DNA of 64,000 nt from Candidatus Dormiibacterota bacterium (GTDB lineage Bacteria > Chloroflexota > Dormibacteria > Aeolococcales > Aeolococcaceae). The DNA lies in the NCBI GenBank assembly GCA_963718525.1, contig OY970355.1, positions 2,592,001-2,656,000 on the forward strand. Direction: 5' to 3'. The first letter of the stretch is position 1. Each line of letters begins with the position of its first letter. This document shows, piece by piece, positions 61,918-64,000 of this stretch. The translations under genes and the position numbers were made by a program. Under the pieces are notes generated by a model. The model ran no database searches, had not been told where the DNA came from, and worked only from the letters and a program-made list of their open reading frames with translations.

Positions 61918-62892
61918 TCAGATCCTGCGCTCGACGACGTAGTCGCAGACGCGCTCCAGGGTGTCACGCGCAGCCGACGGAGGGAAACCGCTCAGCTCCG
62001 CAGCGGCTTCGTGGGCGAACTCCTGGGCGCTTCGCTCTGCCTGGGCGATCGCGTCCGACCCGCGGACCAGGCCGACAACCGTATCGAAGTCATCCTCGTT
62101 GAGGTCAGTCTTGTCCAGAATATGGCGGAGGCGAGGCCCGACATCGCCGTCGGCGAGAGCGAGCATCAGGGGCAATGTCACCGTTCCCTGACGTAGATCG
62201 GCGCCCACCGGCTTGCCAACTTCAGCGCTGGTCGCGACGTAATCGAGCACGTCGTCAGCGATCTGAAACGCCATCCCGAGGCTGTGGCCGTACCGGCGAA
62301 GCCTCTCGACCGATTCGGCATCCAGCCCGGCGATCAGGCCTCCTCCATAGCAACTGGTGCTGACCAGGGTCGCCGTCTTGCGCCCGATCTTGCGGTGGTA
62401 GTCGGCCAGTGACTGGTCGTACTCGTTGCGGCTCGTCATCTGGAGCAATTCGCCCATGCAGATCGTCATGACGGCGTGGCTGATTGCCGAGTCGATGGCC
62501 GGCATCCCGATCTCAGCAAGCAGGTACGCGCCTTTGGCGAAGTAGTAGTCGCCAATGATCACCGCGGGATCGGGGCCGAGCGCTTCGTGGATCGTTGTGA
62601 TGCCGCGCCGGGTGGGCGCCTTGTCGATCAGGTCATCGTGAACCAGCGTCGCCGTGTGGATGAACTCGATGCCCATCGCAAGGTTGAAGACGCTGTTGGA
62701 CTCGGCCTCCCCGAGGCGCGCGGCCAGGATGACCAGCGCCGGGCGCAGACGCTTCCCGCCGGCTTTGACGATGTGCGACATCGCGCTCGCCATCGGGCCG
62801 AGGTCCGAGGCGATCTCCGCATCGAGGCGCCGCTCGAACTCGATCAGTTCTGCCGAGATCGGCTCCAGGAGCTCCTCGGCCACGATGCTCAT
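61918..62892 (-). CDS. Polyprenyl diphosphate synthase (HepT/IspB-like)
   Basis: GGKRLRP, HDDLID..RRG and FQIADD motifs. Confidence 0.95.
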   Translation of the reverse strand: MSIVAEELLEPISAELIEFERRLDAEIASDLGPMASAMSHIVKAGGKRLRPALVILAARLGEAESNSVFNLAMGIEFIHTATLVHDDLIDKAPTRRGITTIHEALGPDPAVIIGDYYFAKGAYLLAEIGMPAIDSAISHAVMTICMGELLQMTSRNEYDQSLADYHRKIGRKTATLVSTSCYGGGLIAGLDAESVERLRRYGHSLGMAFQIADDVLDYVATSAEVGKPVGADLRQGTVTLPLMLALADGDVGPRLRHILDKTDLNEDDFDTVVGLVRGSDAIAQAERSAQEFAHEAAAELSGFPPSAARDTLERVCDYVVERRI

Positions 62893-63746
62893 GATCCCGC
62901 CGCAAGCCGGAACGCCTGCGGCACCGGTCGGACCAGGCTCGGATTCGGGAGTGGCTCGGTGAAGAGGCGCGCGGCGCTCGCCGTGAACCGCGCCGGAGCT
63001 GCCGTGACGAGCAGTTCGGTGCGGGCAGCCGTGGACGCAGGGTCCGATCCGGCCGGCACGCCGGCACCGATCCTGTTGACGTCCACGATCCGGCTCACTC
63101 GCGACGCTGTGGTATCGGCACTGTCGACAACTCGGAGGCGGCGCGATCCGATCAAGCGTCGCAGCGCGGGCCGCAGCAATGGATAGTGGGTGCAGCCGAG
63201 AACCAGCGTGTCGGCGCGCCACGCGAAGACGCGCTCGAGCACGGGAAGGAGCGCCGCGTCTGCTCGGGGTGTATCGGCATCGCCGTCCTCAACGATCTCG
63301 ACTAGCTCGGGTGCCACCTCGCTGAGCACGTGAATCCCCGGGTTGGCCTCCTTGATGGCATGTACGTACTCGCCGCTCGCACGCGTGCCCTCGGTGCTGA
63401 GGACGGCGACCCGCCCATTGCGCGTCGCCGCGGCGGCCGCCTGGGCTCCGGGAGCGATCACGCCGACCACCGGGATGTCAAAACGCTCGCGCGCGACGTG
63501 CAGCGCCGCTGCGGTCGCGGTGTTGCACGCGATCACGACGAGCTTGGTGTCCATGCCCACCAGCATGGCGATGATGTCCAGGGCGAGGCCGCGCACCTCA
63601 CGCTGTGAGCGCGGCCCATATGGAAAATGCTCCAGGTCGGCGACGTAGACGAGACCTTCCGCAGGCATCTGATGGCGGATCTCGCGGAGCACGGTCAGGC
63701 CGCCGACACCGGAGTCGAACACGCCGATCGGGCGCGAGTCGCTCAT
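62889..63746 (-). CDS. murI: Glutamate racemase
   Basis: FDSGVGG, ACNTA and LGCTHY motifs. Confidence 0.97.
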   Translation of the reverse strand: MSDSRPIGVFDSGVGGLTVLREIRHQMPAEGLVYVADLEHFPYGPRSQREVRGLALDIIAMLVGMDTKLVVIACNTATAAALHVARERFDIPVVGVIAPGAQAAAAATRNGRVAVLSTEGTRASGEYVHAIKEANPGIHVLSEVAPELVEIVEDGDADTPRADAALLPVLERVFAWRADTLVLGCTHYPLLRPALRRLIGSRRLRVVDSADTTASRVSRIVDVNRIGAGVPAGSDPASTAARTELLVTAAPARFTASAARLFTEPLPNPSLVRPVPQAFRLAAGS

Positions 63747-64000
63747 TCGATCCGCAGGATAGCAGGGGGGGCTGTCACGCCAGGTCCCGACAGGAAGAGG
63801 CCCATGAGCAGCATGTCCCTGTCCCCGCTCGGCATGCGCACCTCTCCCCGGAGCAGGCCCTCGTCCTCGAACCCGAGGGATCGGTAGAGGGCGATGGCGC
63901 GCCCGTTGTCCGGAAACACCCGCAGGCTGAGCTTGGCGAGCCCGACCGCGCGTCCCCAGTCGATCGCCATCTCCATGAGGGATCGTCCGAGCCCTATGCC
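63743..64000 (-). CDS. GNAT acetyltransferase, partial (runs off the window)
   Basis: GIGLGRSL and N.RAIALYRSLGF motifs. Confidence 0.88.
   Translation of the reverse strand, partial: GIGLGRSLMEMAIDWGRAVGLAKLSLRVFPDNGRAIALYRSLGFEDEGLLRGEVRMPSGDRDMLLMGLFLSGPGVTAPPAILRIE

Noticed and set aside
15929-63887. Long antisense or alternate-frame ORFs (e.g. 20006-21793, 23094-25424, 60458-61942)
   Set aside because: Arg/Pro-rich shadows of real genes, expected in high-GC DNA.

Overview
High-GC bacterial chromosome segment. The 16S (short helix near E. coli 1140-1160), a large Bacillus-type SRP RNA and the gene content suggest the Chloroflexota/Ca. Dormibacterota neighbourhood; this is inference and was not checked. 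1-7.9 kb is an accessory island next to the 3' end of the 5S rRNA gene. The 5S 3' end is repeated at 286-305 and 2373-2389, which points to one or two elements integrated into 5S rRNA. The island holds a decayed Cre-like recombinase, a helicase remnant, iteron-like repeats and a G1 peptidase. 7.9-14.3 kb is a minus-strand rrn operon (16S, tRNA-Ile, tRNA-Ala, 23S, 5S) with a group I intron at 23S position L1951 encoding a LAGLIDADG endonuclease. 15-64 kb is mostly housekeeping: recR-ybaB-dnaX-ffs, plsY, galK, mnmA, trp/aroA, an ABC transporter, trxB, rph, tat, hem and murI. The standout is an intact nuoJKLMN operon (22.3-28.3 kb) with no nuoA-I beside it, in which nearly every canonical proton-translocating Glu/Lys/His of the complex I membrane arm is replaced. 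All alignments were done by eye against recalled reference motifs. Where I moved a start codon from the ORF track, the new start is an estimate.
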